NCBI RefSeq assembly: GCF_006345805.1
Contig: NC_043001.1
Coordinates: 91,264,001-91,328,000 of the forward strand
Source of the DNA: Octopus sinensis
Taxonomy: Eukaryota
Reading direction: 5' to 3'
Length of the DNA: 64,000 bases
Each line of letters begins with the position of its first letter. Within the stretch, counting starts at the first letter, position 1. A program made the translations under genes and the position numbers. Below are positions 22,810 through 35,356 of this stretch, in pieces. The notes under the pieces were generated by a model. The model ran no database searches and was not told the DNA's origin. It saw nothing but the letters and a program-made list of their open reading frames with translations.

Positions 22810-24070
22810 TTTTTTCTTCTCTCCTTGTTTTTTCTGTGTCCCTTTCTGTAGAAGAGCGTAGGCTCGAAACGTAAAAGACTTTTTCAATTCCTGAGCGTTA
22901 TACTAATACATCTGTTTGTTTTGTACACCACCTGTCTTCGTCTTTTGTTTTTTTCGTAAACTCTCCCTACTTATGTAGAACACTGTTTTAAACGGGTAGC
23001 TAGAAAAGGCAGAAGAGAAAGAAGAGTGAGTGAGCATATGCGCCGGTATTACTTGCTGGACTGTGTAAGAATCGAAAGCAGCGTTTATGACCGGTGTTTG
23101 AGTAAGAGACCTTGCAGGCTTTAGCGCGCAATGTTCATCATATCGTCTTATACCCAGCATCCCTATTCTCCTTTGTCTCATTGATTCTTCATTTCTCGAG
23201 TTCAACCAACAGGTTCTAGGTAATCATGGCAACCAGAATATCCCCCACCCAACTACAAAAAAGTCCCCAGTTTTTTTTTTATCAGTTCTTCACCCAGCTC
23301 ATCAAAGTCACTCCCCATCTACATTTATTCTTCAGTTCTTGCCACCCTTTTCTATATTTCACGACAATCAAAACCACCAGCACGGCTAACTTTCAAAACA
23401 TCTCCGTCTTTCTTAACTATCCCAATGTGTCCAATTGTGTTATACAAACTCACCAATACCTACCTCTAACTCAATTTCAATTGACCTCATTCATTCATCA
23501 TCTGCTATCTCCTATTCTAAATTTCTTTATCTACGACACCTAATAGCCATGACCCCAAATTCAATATCCAGTCGCACCAAACAATTCGCCAATTCTCACA
23601 ACATGGTTATCTCCAGCAAGCCGTTGATGCCGCCCTTTTTGTTGATAGTGCTTCCACTTTCATATCTCGTGTCCACCCTGCCATCAGCCGCTTTCCCCTA
23701 CTTCTCTTTCACACAGCTGCCCACCGCCTTAACTTCATAACACACCATCCTACAGTACTACTTTTCTCTAATCTGACTGTTCCTTCCCACATCTTCCTTG
23801 AATAAGCCACTTGCTTCCTTCAGTCGCGACCGTAATCTCCGTAACTTTCTAGTACACACGTAACTTGAATCCTTTCCCAGACGCCGCTGCAATAACAATC
23901 ATTTCATCCAAAATATCATCATCTTATTATATGGATCTAATTCCTCCTATTTCTCCGATCATTTTATCTGTATCACTAAAAATATTTACTGCATTAAATG
24001 CTGACTTCGTGGCTTGTATTTTGGACAAGCGGGTCAGAGATTGGCAGAGAGTTTTAGAGAGCACCTTTTA
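22810..24070 (+). mobile_element. Penelope-like retroelement remnant: terminal repeat, RT C-terminal region, GIY-YIG endonuclease
   Basis: Broken frames give SAISYSKFLYLRHL, SFSRDRNLRNFLVH and NIYCIKC..LYFGQAGQRLAESFREHL, typical of PLE thumb, linker and GIY-YIG. The terminal repeat recurs near 19680-19790 and inverted at 44530-44612. Confidence 0.75.
22842..22877 (+). ncRNA. Minimal type I hammerhead-like motif with a CUGUNGA core, in a Penelope terminal repeat
   Basis: Stem I CUUU/AAAG, core CUGUAGA, extra A, stem II GAGC-GUAG-GCUC, GAAA, palindromic stem III ACGU, predicted GUA cleavage triplet (after 22873). Confidence 0.55.
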
Positions 24071-24259
24071 ACATGTAACATCGAATCACTTCGACTCGAT
24101 GCTATACAAAAAAATGACATCTGCCCAATGTGTCACGCAGTGGAATCGAAACCGGGAATTTGCGATCGCGAAGTGAACTTCTTACATAATTTAACACCAG
24201 TTTGACTCAAATCCATACGACTGAGAACATAGAATGAACCCCTCACTATCCACTCACTC

Positions 24260-24290
<31 letters not shown>

Positions 24291-24711
24291 CAGACACACA
24301 CAAGCGATGAGGAGATGCATAAATTGTATAAAGAAAAATAAAAAGAGCATATATCGAAAAATAGCGAGCCATTTTCTTCATGTCTTTGAGCGCTTATGAA
24401 ATTAAAATGACGTTGAGAGACCGGTTTGCGAATAAGTTCAAATCTGATGCTTATTTGTGTTGTATCTATCATTTCCTACCATGGCTAACCTATATTTTGC
24501 TTCACCTTTACCCTCTTAATACTACTCACTTATTGTATGGACTTCACAGCTACTCACTATTCTTACAATGAAAAATTAAGCTACATGCTAGACACGAACC
24601 CCCACAGTAAACAGATCTAGACGTATTTCAGTCCTAATAATTATAATCGTAAATAAATTTGTATTTTCCTGTATATCTATAAACTTTCATATTTATTTGG
24701 GAGAAGTTACA

Positions 24712-24922
24712 TACGAGAGGGTGCTGAAAAGTTCTTGGCTTTAAGGGTGTCGCGAAAGGCCTGGCTAGAGGGCCAACCTTCCCAATTCTTTTACAGGGCT
24801 GGAGGACCGCTGCGATAAGTGTGTGAATCTGAGAGGGGGATATGTTGAATAAAATCATAATTAACTGATCCTCCTGTATTTTCTATTACTTAAAGCCAGG
24901 ACGTTCTCAGCACTCCTGCGTA
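24712..24922. mobile_element. Mariner-derived MITE (internal deletion derivative)
   Basis: TA..TA flanks. About 33-bp TIRs CGAGAGGGTGCTGAAAAGTTCTTGGCTTTAAG / CTTAAAGCCAGGACGTTCTCAGCACTCCTGCG. Interior retains the transposase end GLEDRCDKCVNLRGGYVE*. Confidence 0.9.
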
Positions 24923-25804
24923 TAATATTTAACAAGTTTAATTTAGCTGTTTGCCTGATGAGAGATTCGTTCTACGAGCCCACGGATCTAAGTTGCAGAG
25001 AACTGAGTCAAAGTGTTACTAAATTATATATACACAGAGTTTAGCTTAGTGCTTAACTAATTTTACTGATTTTTTTCTTTCATAAAAGAACTCCCTATGG
25101 TAAATATTATGTGTTTCAGATGAACAGGCAAAAAATGTATGCATATATTAAACACACGATGTTAGTTGAACGAGCTAATGTGTATTTCCTAACCAAAGAG
25201 AGGCACTTGTATGCTTGACTTTGTTAAAATGATAGCCGAGTCCAACCCCAAATTACATATATCCTGCTTTTTAAATAAAGGAAATCTGTAATCGTTAATA
25301 TAATTCCATATACACTATGAAGCGACAAGATGGTCATAGTTTGGACGCCTTGAATAATAGACCTGCGCGTTCAAATCTGACTGGGTGCTAAATAAGAACA
25401 ATGGAATGAGGATGAGTGAATAAATGGCAGTAGAAATGGTTATACAAATGAAGCGAACTGGCTTAAACAATTGCTTAGTTTGTACATATTGCTATTAATG
25501 TCAAAAAGGATTTACATTTAATAAAAATATGTAAACAATGATATAAAGCACAATACAAAAATTTCCTGACCTCGTTTCACCTTACTGTGGTGGCATTAAA
25601 AAAAATAAACAAAATCTAGCCAGAAATGTGTTAAACGAAAACATTTTATAACTAAAATTCTCACTTTTCAAATTAAATTTTCATCCTTTGATACCAACCC
25701 GTCTTAGACAATTTCTGGTTCTATGATACAGCCCACTGTGTAACCGCTTACCATATTATCCCGTATATTTTCGTTCAGAGTTGTCTAGTATTTGAACGAA
25801 AATA

Positions 25805-26187
25805 TACACTACCGTCAGAAATTAATTAGCACCCTTGATTTGCTCTTCACTCAAGGTATGTGCTGTCACCTAGTGGCCATATCTCGAACTATTGCTTTGT
25901 TGCGAGTTCACTGTTGCGCAGAACGATGACGTAACTTTGTTTGCAGAGCAGTTTGAGAGTCTACAGCCTTATGATGTTGACATAGCAGTGCAACAACAAC
26001 TTGGAGTGCGGATGCAGACAAATCTTCCTTTGTTTAATAGATATAGGTAGCGCCTCGCAAGGACCGAAGCACACCATACTAAGTTTTCTCATCGCGTAAG
26101 ACGTTTTGAACAGCTCATAGGTTAATTGATTTAACCTATTTAATGTAGAAATTTGAGAAGTGCTAATTAATTTCTGACGTAAGTGTA
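25805..26187. mobile_element. Tc1/mariner-superfamily MITE (379 bp)
   Basis: TA at 25805-25806 and 26186-26187. 26-bp TIRs CACTACCGTCAGAAATTAATTAGCAC / GTGCTAATTAATTTCTGACGTAAGTG with 2 mismatches. Confidence 0.85.
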
Positions 26188-28988
26188 CGTTCACTGTACT
26201 CTGAGGTATTGTCGCTTATGTCCCACCTGAAATACTTCATGATGCTATTCCCGTTTCTATCGGTAATAAATCGTAACTGGTCCAAAAATAATTTGTGCTT
26301 ATTCTTCCTTATGTACAGATTCAAAATAAATAAATAAAATACTTTTTGCATACGAATTGAAAGAAAAAAATGTCTATGTTAAGAGGTTAAAAGTGATGGC
26401 GATTAAAATTTCATATTAATTTGTCTCAAACACTAACTTAATAATTATAAGGTCGGATGTTTCAGGGGATCCCACTACTTGACTGGTACTTTATTCTATC
26501 CACCCTGCAACTCTGACCTCAACGGAATTTGAACTCAGAACGTAAAAATCGGAACACTAGCTTAATAACGATGGTTATTCTGCTAAATTCTTCATTCTTT
26601 TGAAAATTAATTAAAATAAAGGCAATTTGCTTCTACAGAAATATGGTAATAAAAAAAGTTGTTCTTAAGATAGAAAAAGAACCCCAGCCAAAACAAAACA
26701 TGACAACTTCCTCTGCTAAGTATAGGAAAATTCGAACGAAAGGGAACGATATTGTTTTTTTGAGAACATTTTCATTCAGCGAAAGAAAAAAGCAGGTTGT
26801 TAATACTCCTATTTTTACAGACCGCCGACAACTAAAGCAAAAGAGTTATGAACTTCGTTTGGTTTGTACGAAATATTTGTGAAACGCTGGAGACGAAAAA
26901 CAGAATATGAACGGCACAACGAGAAAATAACAAACGTCATAAGAACATTTAACGACAACGGTTTTTTGATTGAAATATTTATCATGGACCAAAATGAGTT
27001 AGTTTTAAAGTAAAACATTCAAAAGTATAATAAAACAAAATACTAACAAATATATATGAATACATCCTTCGCAAAGAGAAAAAAAGGAAAAAAAAGAAGT
27101 GGAGATGAAATTTACATGATTACAAAGAGGATAAAGAAGATGAGTTCGCTGCTAAAACAGAGCAAAAAATATTAAATCTAGAAAATAATACATTTCAAGA
27201 ACTAGGAACCTAATTCTTTTTAAATTGGTCAACACATTAATGTAAGAAATCTGGTGTTTTTACCTGACTAGTTTAGTATTCCTAGAATTTCAGATTAAAA
27301 TTAATGTCGTACACCGGAGTTGATAAGAACAAGCATAATTCCTTTTAATTTCTCTGATGAAACTTCGAAAATTTCAGATGAAAATCTTAAGGATTCTTCT
27401 ACACATTGTTAAATATAAGAGAAATAAAGAGCAGGTAACTCAGTAAAACTTGTTTTGCTGACCAAATTTCTGGTCCAAGATTATATCCGAATTTTAGTTT
27501 TACTAACTGTAATATTTTTCGAAAGAGGTAAGAGTGATTAACTTAACAAGAGTGATTAGCAAATAACATTAACATGTTATTTGTTCAAATCGTACATCTG
27601 GTCTTTTATTTTACGAGCTCTATAAAAAAAAAAAATCTCATTTCACAGCTATCGCATTCTACATCTAATTATTATTTAATATTAAATGCGAGGCAAAAAT
27701 TCAACCTTCGAAGTAACATTTTAACAATTTTTGCCTTTAGAAGCAACAAAAATTCGAAACTTCTTAAAAATCCCCTCCAAAGGTCTTATTAACTTTGTTG
27801 CTTTTAGCATGGCTATGTGGTTAAGAACTTCGCTTTGCAATCATGTGATTCTGAGATCAGTCCTGCCGCAAAGCATCTTGAAGAAATGTATTCGAGTGTT
27901 GCCTTGGGTCAACCCGAATCGTATCAGTAAAACTGAATAGACTGAAATTATAAGGTCATCTACATGTACCTATTCTGACATGGTGTACCTAATCGAGCAC
28001 CTCACCTCCGTTTAACATCACTACCTGATCCGTTGGAGATCTTTTGCAGTATCCAGTCTATTGCAAGCAGATCTCTGCTCTAAGGACAACTCTTTATCGT
28101 GATCCGCTGATTATTACTGCAGCAGCCCTCATTACTTGCTGTAGTATAAAACAACATCGTAGCTTACTTTGAAAATCTATACCTTTAAACACAATTCATC
28201 AGTAATTTAGGAAATCCAAAAGATGCTCAAATATATTCATCTGTTCTATTATATGGTATTCAGATTACATGGTTCCACTGCAATTTCAAGCGAATAAATA
28301 ATCTTGTTAATAGAAACCAAATCAATTACACCCATTCTAGGGATTCTAAAAGAACTTTCGAAATTTTTTATTGCTTCCTATGTGAAATAAATAACCATGC
28401 TAAAAGCAATCACATCAATTACACCCATCGTAGGAATTCTAAAAGAGTTTTTTCTTAGTTTTCATTTAAACTTCATAAAGATATAGTTGTTAATGTTGCC
28501 AGAAAGTATTAAATATTTTTCGAAATAAAATTTAAATATAGAATGTGAAAGTCGTTAAACTGCAATTATTTTATCAATTTCATTAAATAGAAAACTAATA
28601 ATCGATCTTCGATTACGCTTTGGAAAGTCGATTTGTCTTTTCAATATCCACTCAATCCCGCTATTGTCTCATAATTTAATGGTTCGAAATTGTTATTTGC
28701 TGATTCCACCCGAGAATTACGCTAAGGGTATGTGTACATGTGGAATAATACCTAGACATTAATGCTATTAAGCTGATGTTGTTTTATTTCTGTTCAGCAT
28801 ACAAGTCATCAAAGAATCTTGATCTGCTCAAAATAGCAACTGAATCCTCTTTAACAAACTGACGCTGTCATCTTAAAAGCTAAAACTCAAGGTTTTAAAT
28901 AACAGATCTTAGAACATGTTCCACAATAAACATAGAGATTGTAAAATTAAGGAATGTCAGCTGGATTCAGCTCGGCACATTTTTGTTA

Positions 28989-29361
28989 TCTCTCTATATA
29001 TAAACGGCAGTTTGTCTGTGTGTGTTTCTGTGTGTCTGTTAGGTTGTACCCTCACCCTGACCACGGCTTTCAACCGATTCTGATGAAACTTGACACACAC
29101 ATAGCCCAATGTCATAATTCAAAACTAACGCAGCGAAAATTTTGAAAAGTTCCCCCAGTTCTGAAAAAAATCGATAAATTCAACATGGGGTCGAGAATCA
29201 GAAATACAAACCACAGACTGTCTAGGGGACGCAACTCGACCTTTTTAACGAAAAAAAAAATTTACCATCATTTTTTTTTCCAGTTTTTGGCTATAACTCT
29301 CTAAAAATGCTTTATAGTTATTTCCCTTACAAACCCGAGCAACGCCGGGCGATACTGCTAG
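28989..29361 (+). mobile_element. Non-autonomous Helitron
   Basis: A|TC 5' start (TCTCTCTATATATAAAC), subterminal hairpin CCCGAGCAACGCCGGG at 29334-29349, 3' CTAG|T. Confidence 0.85.
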
Positions 29362-30688
29362 TTGTAAATAAAACGATTCGAATCTTCCCACCAATCACTG
29401 TAATATTCCTGTTTATACGAAAGTAAAAAATAGAATATCCCCATAATGCTTAATTATTAAAGAAACGTGTCGCATAATATTTCATTCAAAGCATAAGCAT
29501 ATACAAGTACAACATTGATTTTCCGGAATATTTGGTTCCGATACATTTCCAGATCACAGATTTTTCCGAACCAGGAGTAGTCAACTTGGTCAAACTGTAT
29601 ATAGAATTCTTCTGAAAATACTATTTTTTATCAGAATAAATATGTTTATTTCCTTTAACATTCTTTAAACTTCCGAGCACCACCGGGTGTTTAGGCTAGT
29701 CTATAATAAAGAAGTTCTATTTTCATTGACGTGTAACTACCCACCCACCTGGTCTATGAAGAAAACAAGAGTGCTGTTTCCTCAATAAAAGATGAAATAT
29801 ATTTTTTTTATAATAACTGTAATAAACAGTCAAATATGCATGACTTAATATTTTGGCAACTTGAAATAACTGCGCTAAAAACCGATCTCCTCTGGAACGA
29901 TTTAATTAGGATCGTATTTAACTTCGTTTTTTTTTTTTATAATTCATGAACCGATGTTGTTATTTTCTGGGTAATTAGTGCGATACAATCAGTTAATTAC
30001 TTCCACTTTTAGTGAAAAATAGTATCAGTTACAGCTTATCAAAACTGCACCATTTTAATCTCAAATTAAAATAACTAGATTTCAAATTAAAACAAATGAC
30101 TCACTCATATTAGCACAACTAAATTTCAAATTAAAACAAATGAATCTCACTCAAATTAAATAATTAAACTATTTCGAAATATGAGCTTTAATATAAGACA
30201 TAAGACCTTTATTTAAAACAAGTGAGTATCAATTTAAAATATATGAAAAACAATTTAAAACAAAGCAACTTTCGTTTAAACAAAAGTTAATATACAATGA
30301 AATTAAAAATTTTAAGAATGAAATTTATTCATAAATAAATGGAAAGGTGCGAACTTTAGTTCCGAAATTACCAGGATAAACTGTAAAGATTTGGCTGCTG
30401 TTTCTAATAGTTCGAGCAACCTTATAAAATACCCGCGTTGGTTATACTTGCACTTAACTATTGCTCCCGTCCTCTTTTAATCGACCCAATGCTAATAAAA
30501 ACATGAAGACATGTTGAGAAGTTTGTATACACATATACCTACGCTACATATACTTTGTGGTTCCATCTTACCAACAAGAATTAGTCTTTCTATCTTTCCT
30601 TCCTTCTTGTCTGTCTGTCTGTATCCGTAGGCTTAAACTGATTTTGTCATATTTAATTAAACATTAGTTATCAATTGGACATGAAATA

Positions 30689-30953
30689 ACGAGGGATCGC
30701 GGGTTCGAATCTCAGACCGGGCGATGTGTGTGTTTATGAGCGAAACGCTTAAGCTCCCCACGCGGCTCCGGCAGAAGGTAATGGCGAACTTCTGCTGACT
30801 CTTTCGCCACAACTTTCTTTCACTCTTTCCTCCTGTATCTTCCAGCTCACCTGCGACGGACCGGCGTCCCGTCCAGGTGGGGAACCTATACGCCAAGGAA
30901 ACCGGGAAGCCGGCCCTTATGAGCCAGGCATGGCTCGAGAAAGAACAAACAAC
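30689..30953 (+). mobile_element. Mosaic SINE: family-C-like head and body with the 3' tail of the 18051 family-D copy
   Basis: CCACGCGGCTCCGGCAG..CCACAACTTTCT matches family C. CCTGCGACGGACCGGCGTCCCGTCCAGGTGGGGAA..GGCCCTTATGAGCCAGGCATGGCTCGAG matches 18051-18150. Confidence 0.75.
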
Positions 30954-33039
30954 GAACTCATATCACAATAACAAATTAAGAAAGCATTTTCAACCCGCTT
31001 GAAATTACCCCAGAATCTATAATACAAAATCTCTTGTAGAAAATTTTCATAGAATCTGAAAATATCATGACACATTTAAAACAAAACATGTTTTAAATTA
31101 AACGTAATGTTTAAAATCTCACATAAGTTATTTTGATATGAATTTCATATATTTGAAATTGACATTTGTTTTCCATAAAAGTTCATCTGGATTAAATCAA
31201 AGTTCATATAATTTAAATCATATAAAAATTGTTTTAATTTGAGATTCATTCGTTATAATTTGAAAGTGTAGCTACTTCAGTGGGTGCGGTGCCGGGATAA
31301 ATAAAATAGCGACACCGCTGATTGTTTATTATCTTTACTCGAGTGTTAAGATAGCTTTCCAGACCATCTTGGAACACAAGTGGGATACTGATTCGGTTGT
31401 TAGGACCTTGCCCACAGCAGATATGAGTACTTGATGCATATAAGACATTCTAAAAAAAAAGGTCTCAAGAAAAGTACCCCGGGTCCTATATATATTTTTT
31501 ACCTTTGATCGGGTAGTAGGGCAATGTACATAAGGTGTCATTTTATCCTGCATGCTTTTAATTAGGGTACTCCTCAATGAAGGTCCAGAATATACCAGCT
31601 ACGTATTCAATTCTTCCTTGCAGATTGCACAGTGGATTGCAGCATTTTTTTTTGTTTTTCATTAAAATTTGGCAGTTTTAGAAAACGTTAATCCTTGGAT
31701 GTGTGGATTTTGTTAGGTGGTTTGGTGATGTCTTGGTATTTAGAGGAAAAGCTATTCTCCATTGGTACTTTTCAGAATTGTATGGTCTTGGTGTTTTTGT
31801 TTCATGCCTTACAGCAGTTACTGCATATCCTGTGGGTCTCATTTCTAACATAGGTCATCTTAGCTCTGAAGGGCAGCGATGAATTATAATGTACAAATAG
31901 ACCCCTACATATTGCTTTTTTGTAAGTAGAGATTGATCCACTGCATGCTGCTTTTCTATAAGCAGAAGTATCCTAGACTGCCTTAACTATTACGTGTTAA
32001 TGGTCAAAAATTTTTACTTCCTGAATGTAAGCTGCAGGAATTAGGGTGCGTTTAATATGCCGGTGTGACATTTAAGCCATTAAATACAGCATATTCCTTT
32101 AGTAATCTCTAAGTAATCGGTGAGTCAACATCAAAAGGCTCTTATTTCCTAGTGTCAAGGAAAGGTTTAGCCTGGAGGAGTTCATTCCATTCCAGGCTGC
32201 TCGTGATAGTAAATATGAGTGAAGTGAAATGGAAACGCTTATCCTAGAATCGAACCTGCACACAGAAGACAACTACTCAACAGCGCTTGTTCATATACAT
32301 ACATGCATGTGCGTGCGTGCGTGCGTACGTGTGTGTGTGGTGGGTCTTCCTTGTTTGGCGCTGAAGATTCGGTTGTTCGATTAACAGAGATTAACATTCC
32401 ACAGGCACAGGTACGATTAAACTAATTCTAAGGCAGGATCAGCGTGACAAAATGTTTGACAAGGCCGAATCTTTAGAATTACAGTTGTAATCTACCCTAC
32501 AGGCTTCTATACAGTTTCCATCTGCCCAATTTCTCACACGGGGCACGAATCAACCCGAAGCTTTAGAGAATGACGTTTGCCTTTGGCGTTACTCGGTAGG
32601 TATCGGACCCTGGACCTCCAAAGCAAATTTCTAAACTATTTCGACCATGCTGCGTATGCATGTATGTAAGAATGTACACGCACACACGCACACGCGCACA
32701 CACACACACACACACACACGCACACACACACACGCAGTGGCAGCCTCAAGTGCCAAACCATGCTTTACGCATTTGTTATCCCCGATGAACATTTTCTGTG
32801 CGGACTGGTTACCGTTTCGCAGTGAGCGGAAACAAGTGAACAAATATAAAACGGCTTATCCAAGGCAACAATGCTGAACTTGTGCGGTTCTGGGTTGTGA
32901 ACACAGATCATGGTTCTTCAGTACTACATCTTTTCTATTTGACCCTATTTATATATATTTTCCAATGTGTTTTATTCGCTGGCAAAAAGAAAACCCCGCA
33001 AAACAATGAATTTATAAAATACTGAGACCCTATATATAT

Positions 33040-33470
33040 ATATAAGAATTTTTTTGCGTAATAAGATAAAAAACCAAGGGTGTGTAGATATTAGAGCATT
33101 TATAGATAGAAGGTCTTACAGCTGTTTATAGGATATTTATTAAATATATCCCTTCATCGGAGACGGTGTGAGAAGATAGTTAAGTCATAGTTAGTTTAGA
33201 TGTGATACAAAATAGAGAGTGAGGTGGAGGAAAGAAAATAGATGCAAGATATGTATGGATATTGAAGTTGTAAATCTATTTTTAGGCATAATGGTATATA
33301 TGCAATATTCCAATATCCTATGAGTAAAGTCCAAAAGTCCAACATAGTTTAAAATGGGTCCTTCCAAATATAGAGTTTATACGCAATGTAAGATTCCCTT
33401 ATGAGTGAGATTCAACAGATTTTTAAACTTGGTCATTCCAAGTAGAGAATTTGTAGAGAATTTATATAGT
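33040..33470 (-). mobile_element. Penelope-like terminal repeat remnant with a decayed hammerhead at 33113-33164
   Basis: Minus strand GUCU-CCGAUGA-AGGGAUAU..AUAUCCUA-UAAA-CAGCUG-U-A-AGAC. Stems I-III are recognisable; the core carries two mutations. Confidence 0.5.
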
Positions 33471-33498
33471 GTTGCAGAGTCAAAGGTTTTTATTTAAA

Positions 33499-33559
<61 letters not shown>

Positions 33560-33882
33560 TGGTGGGGGGGGGGACCTTAACTTCTAGATGGATTCATAGG
33601 AGCACTGTCGTGGCATACTGTGTATTTAGTATTCTTACACCTGACGGAAGTAATTTCTTCCCAGGTTTGGCCGCAGCCGATTTCTTTCAGAAAGAAACAA
33701 AAACAAACAGAAATAAAGTGCTAGAAAAACAAAGAAGAATCGCTCTCAGTACGACTGATACTTATCTATCGCCTCGAACATATGAAAGGCAAAGCTGATC
33801 TCGGCGTGATTTGAACTCACAGTGCAGAACACTGAAATAATTACTGCAAAGTAATCTATTTGACCCTCTAACTCTTCTGCCA

Positions 33883-33923
33883 TATTAACATATGGTATAT
33901 TATCAATATACCATATGTTAATA
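33883..33923. repeat. Perfect 19-bp inverted repeat with a 3-nt loop
   Basis: TATTAACATATGGTATATT-ATC-AATATACCATATGTTAATA. Confidence 0.95.
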
Positions 33924-34663
33924 ATAAGCCAAGCCCTTTCTGTTTTCTCTAGACACTAGTTTGATTAAATAGGATAAAACTTTCAAATTGGCTTTTAATC
34001 TTAAACATACTGGCATCTAACAGACAGCGACATTTACGACTTGTGAAGCTGTGTCATGCTTAGTCTTTTTATATATGTCATAGAAAAATGAGAAAGAATA
34101 TATATATATTAACGGAAGTAAAATTAAATTATCTACTGTGCAAAAGGAAAACAAATAATCTGGCTTTTGACCAGAATTATGTATATATAGAGGATGACAT
34201 GGCATATATTAACAAAAAATAATGCTTGGATGACGAAGAAAAAAAGAAACTCGCAAAGGAAAACAGAATACGACATTTTCATAAAAGAATCTAGGACAAA
34301 ATAATTAGGGAAGTTAAAGTAAATGTGTAATGACTTAAAAGTCTCAGCAAGTTTCTTATTTAGCTGTATATATTCTATTCCCATTGGCAAGCTACGTCAG
34401 ACATTGATCACGCACTGGCTCATTTTAAAGTGTTGCATATGTGGTGAGTGTTATGTCAGTCTGAAAATGACACAATGGCTGTTGCCTGAGGTGCGAATGA
34501 ACTTCGTGTGTTATTTCTATATCTTGATAAGTTATGGGACACAGGCTCTCGTTCTGTTTTCGTTATTTGCCTATTGCGCTTACTACTGCATAAAATCCCC
34601 TAATAATTGTTTTTTTTTTTTGACTCGTAATCGTTCCTATTCATGACAAGTAGCAGCAGCAGC

Positions 34664-34718
<55 letters not shown>

Positions 34719-34739
34719 TAAAAAAATAATAATATATTT

Positions 34740-35109
34740 TTTACTACCCACAAGGGGCTAAACACAGAGGGGACAAACGGATTAAGTCGATTACATCGAC
34801 CCCAGTGCGTAACTGGTACTTAATTTATCGACCCCCAAAGTCGACCTCGGCGGAATTTGAACTCACAACGTAACGGCAGACGAAATACCTTTTTCTTTAT
34901 TACCCACAAGGGGCTAAACACAGAGGGGACAAACAAGGACAGACATAGGAATTAAGTCGATTACATCGACCCCAGTGCGTAACTGGTACTTAATTTATCG
35001 ACCCCGAAAGGATGAAAGGCAAAGTCGACCTCGGCGGAATTTGAACTCACAACGTAACGGCAGACGAAATACCACTACGCATTTCGCCCGGCGTGCTAAC
35101 GTTTCTGCC

Positions 35110-35141
<32 letters not shown>

Positions 35142-35322
35142 TGATAAATTTTGGGGGTGGAGTAAATCGATTACATTGACCCCAGTACTGGACCGGTACT
35201 TATTTTATGGAACCCGAAAAGATGAAAGCCAAAGTCGTCTTCGGCGGAATCTGAACTCTGAACGGAAACGCCATTAAGCACTTTAATCGGCGAGCTAAAG
35301 GGTCTGCCAGCGCGCTGCCTTA

Positions 35323-35356
<34 letters not shown>

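Noticed and set aside
25864-26050. CTCF-like TGGCCACTAGGTGACA motif and a YADD-like peptide (AQNDDVTLFA)
   Set aside because: Both lie inside a TIR-bounded MITE with no supporting context. Single short matches are expected by chance.
27350-27380. CTGATGA..GAAA hammerhead-like string
   Set aside because: Stem II cannot pair and stem I is only 3 bp.
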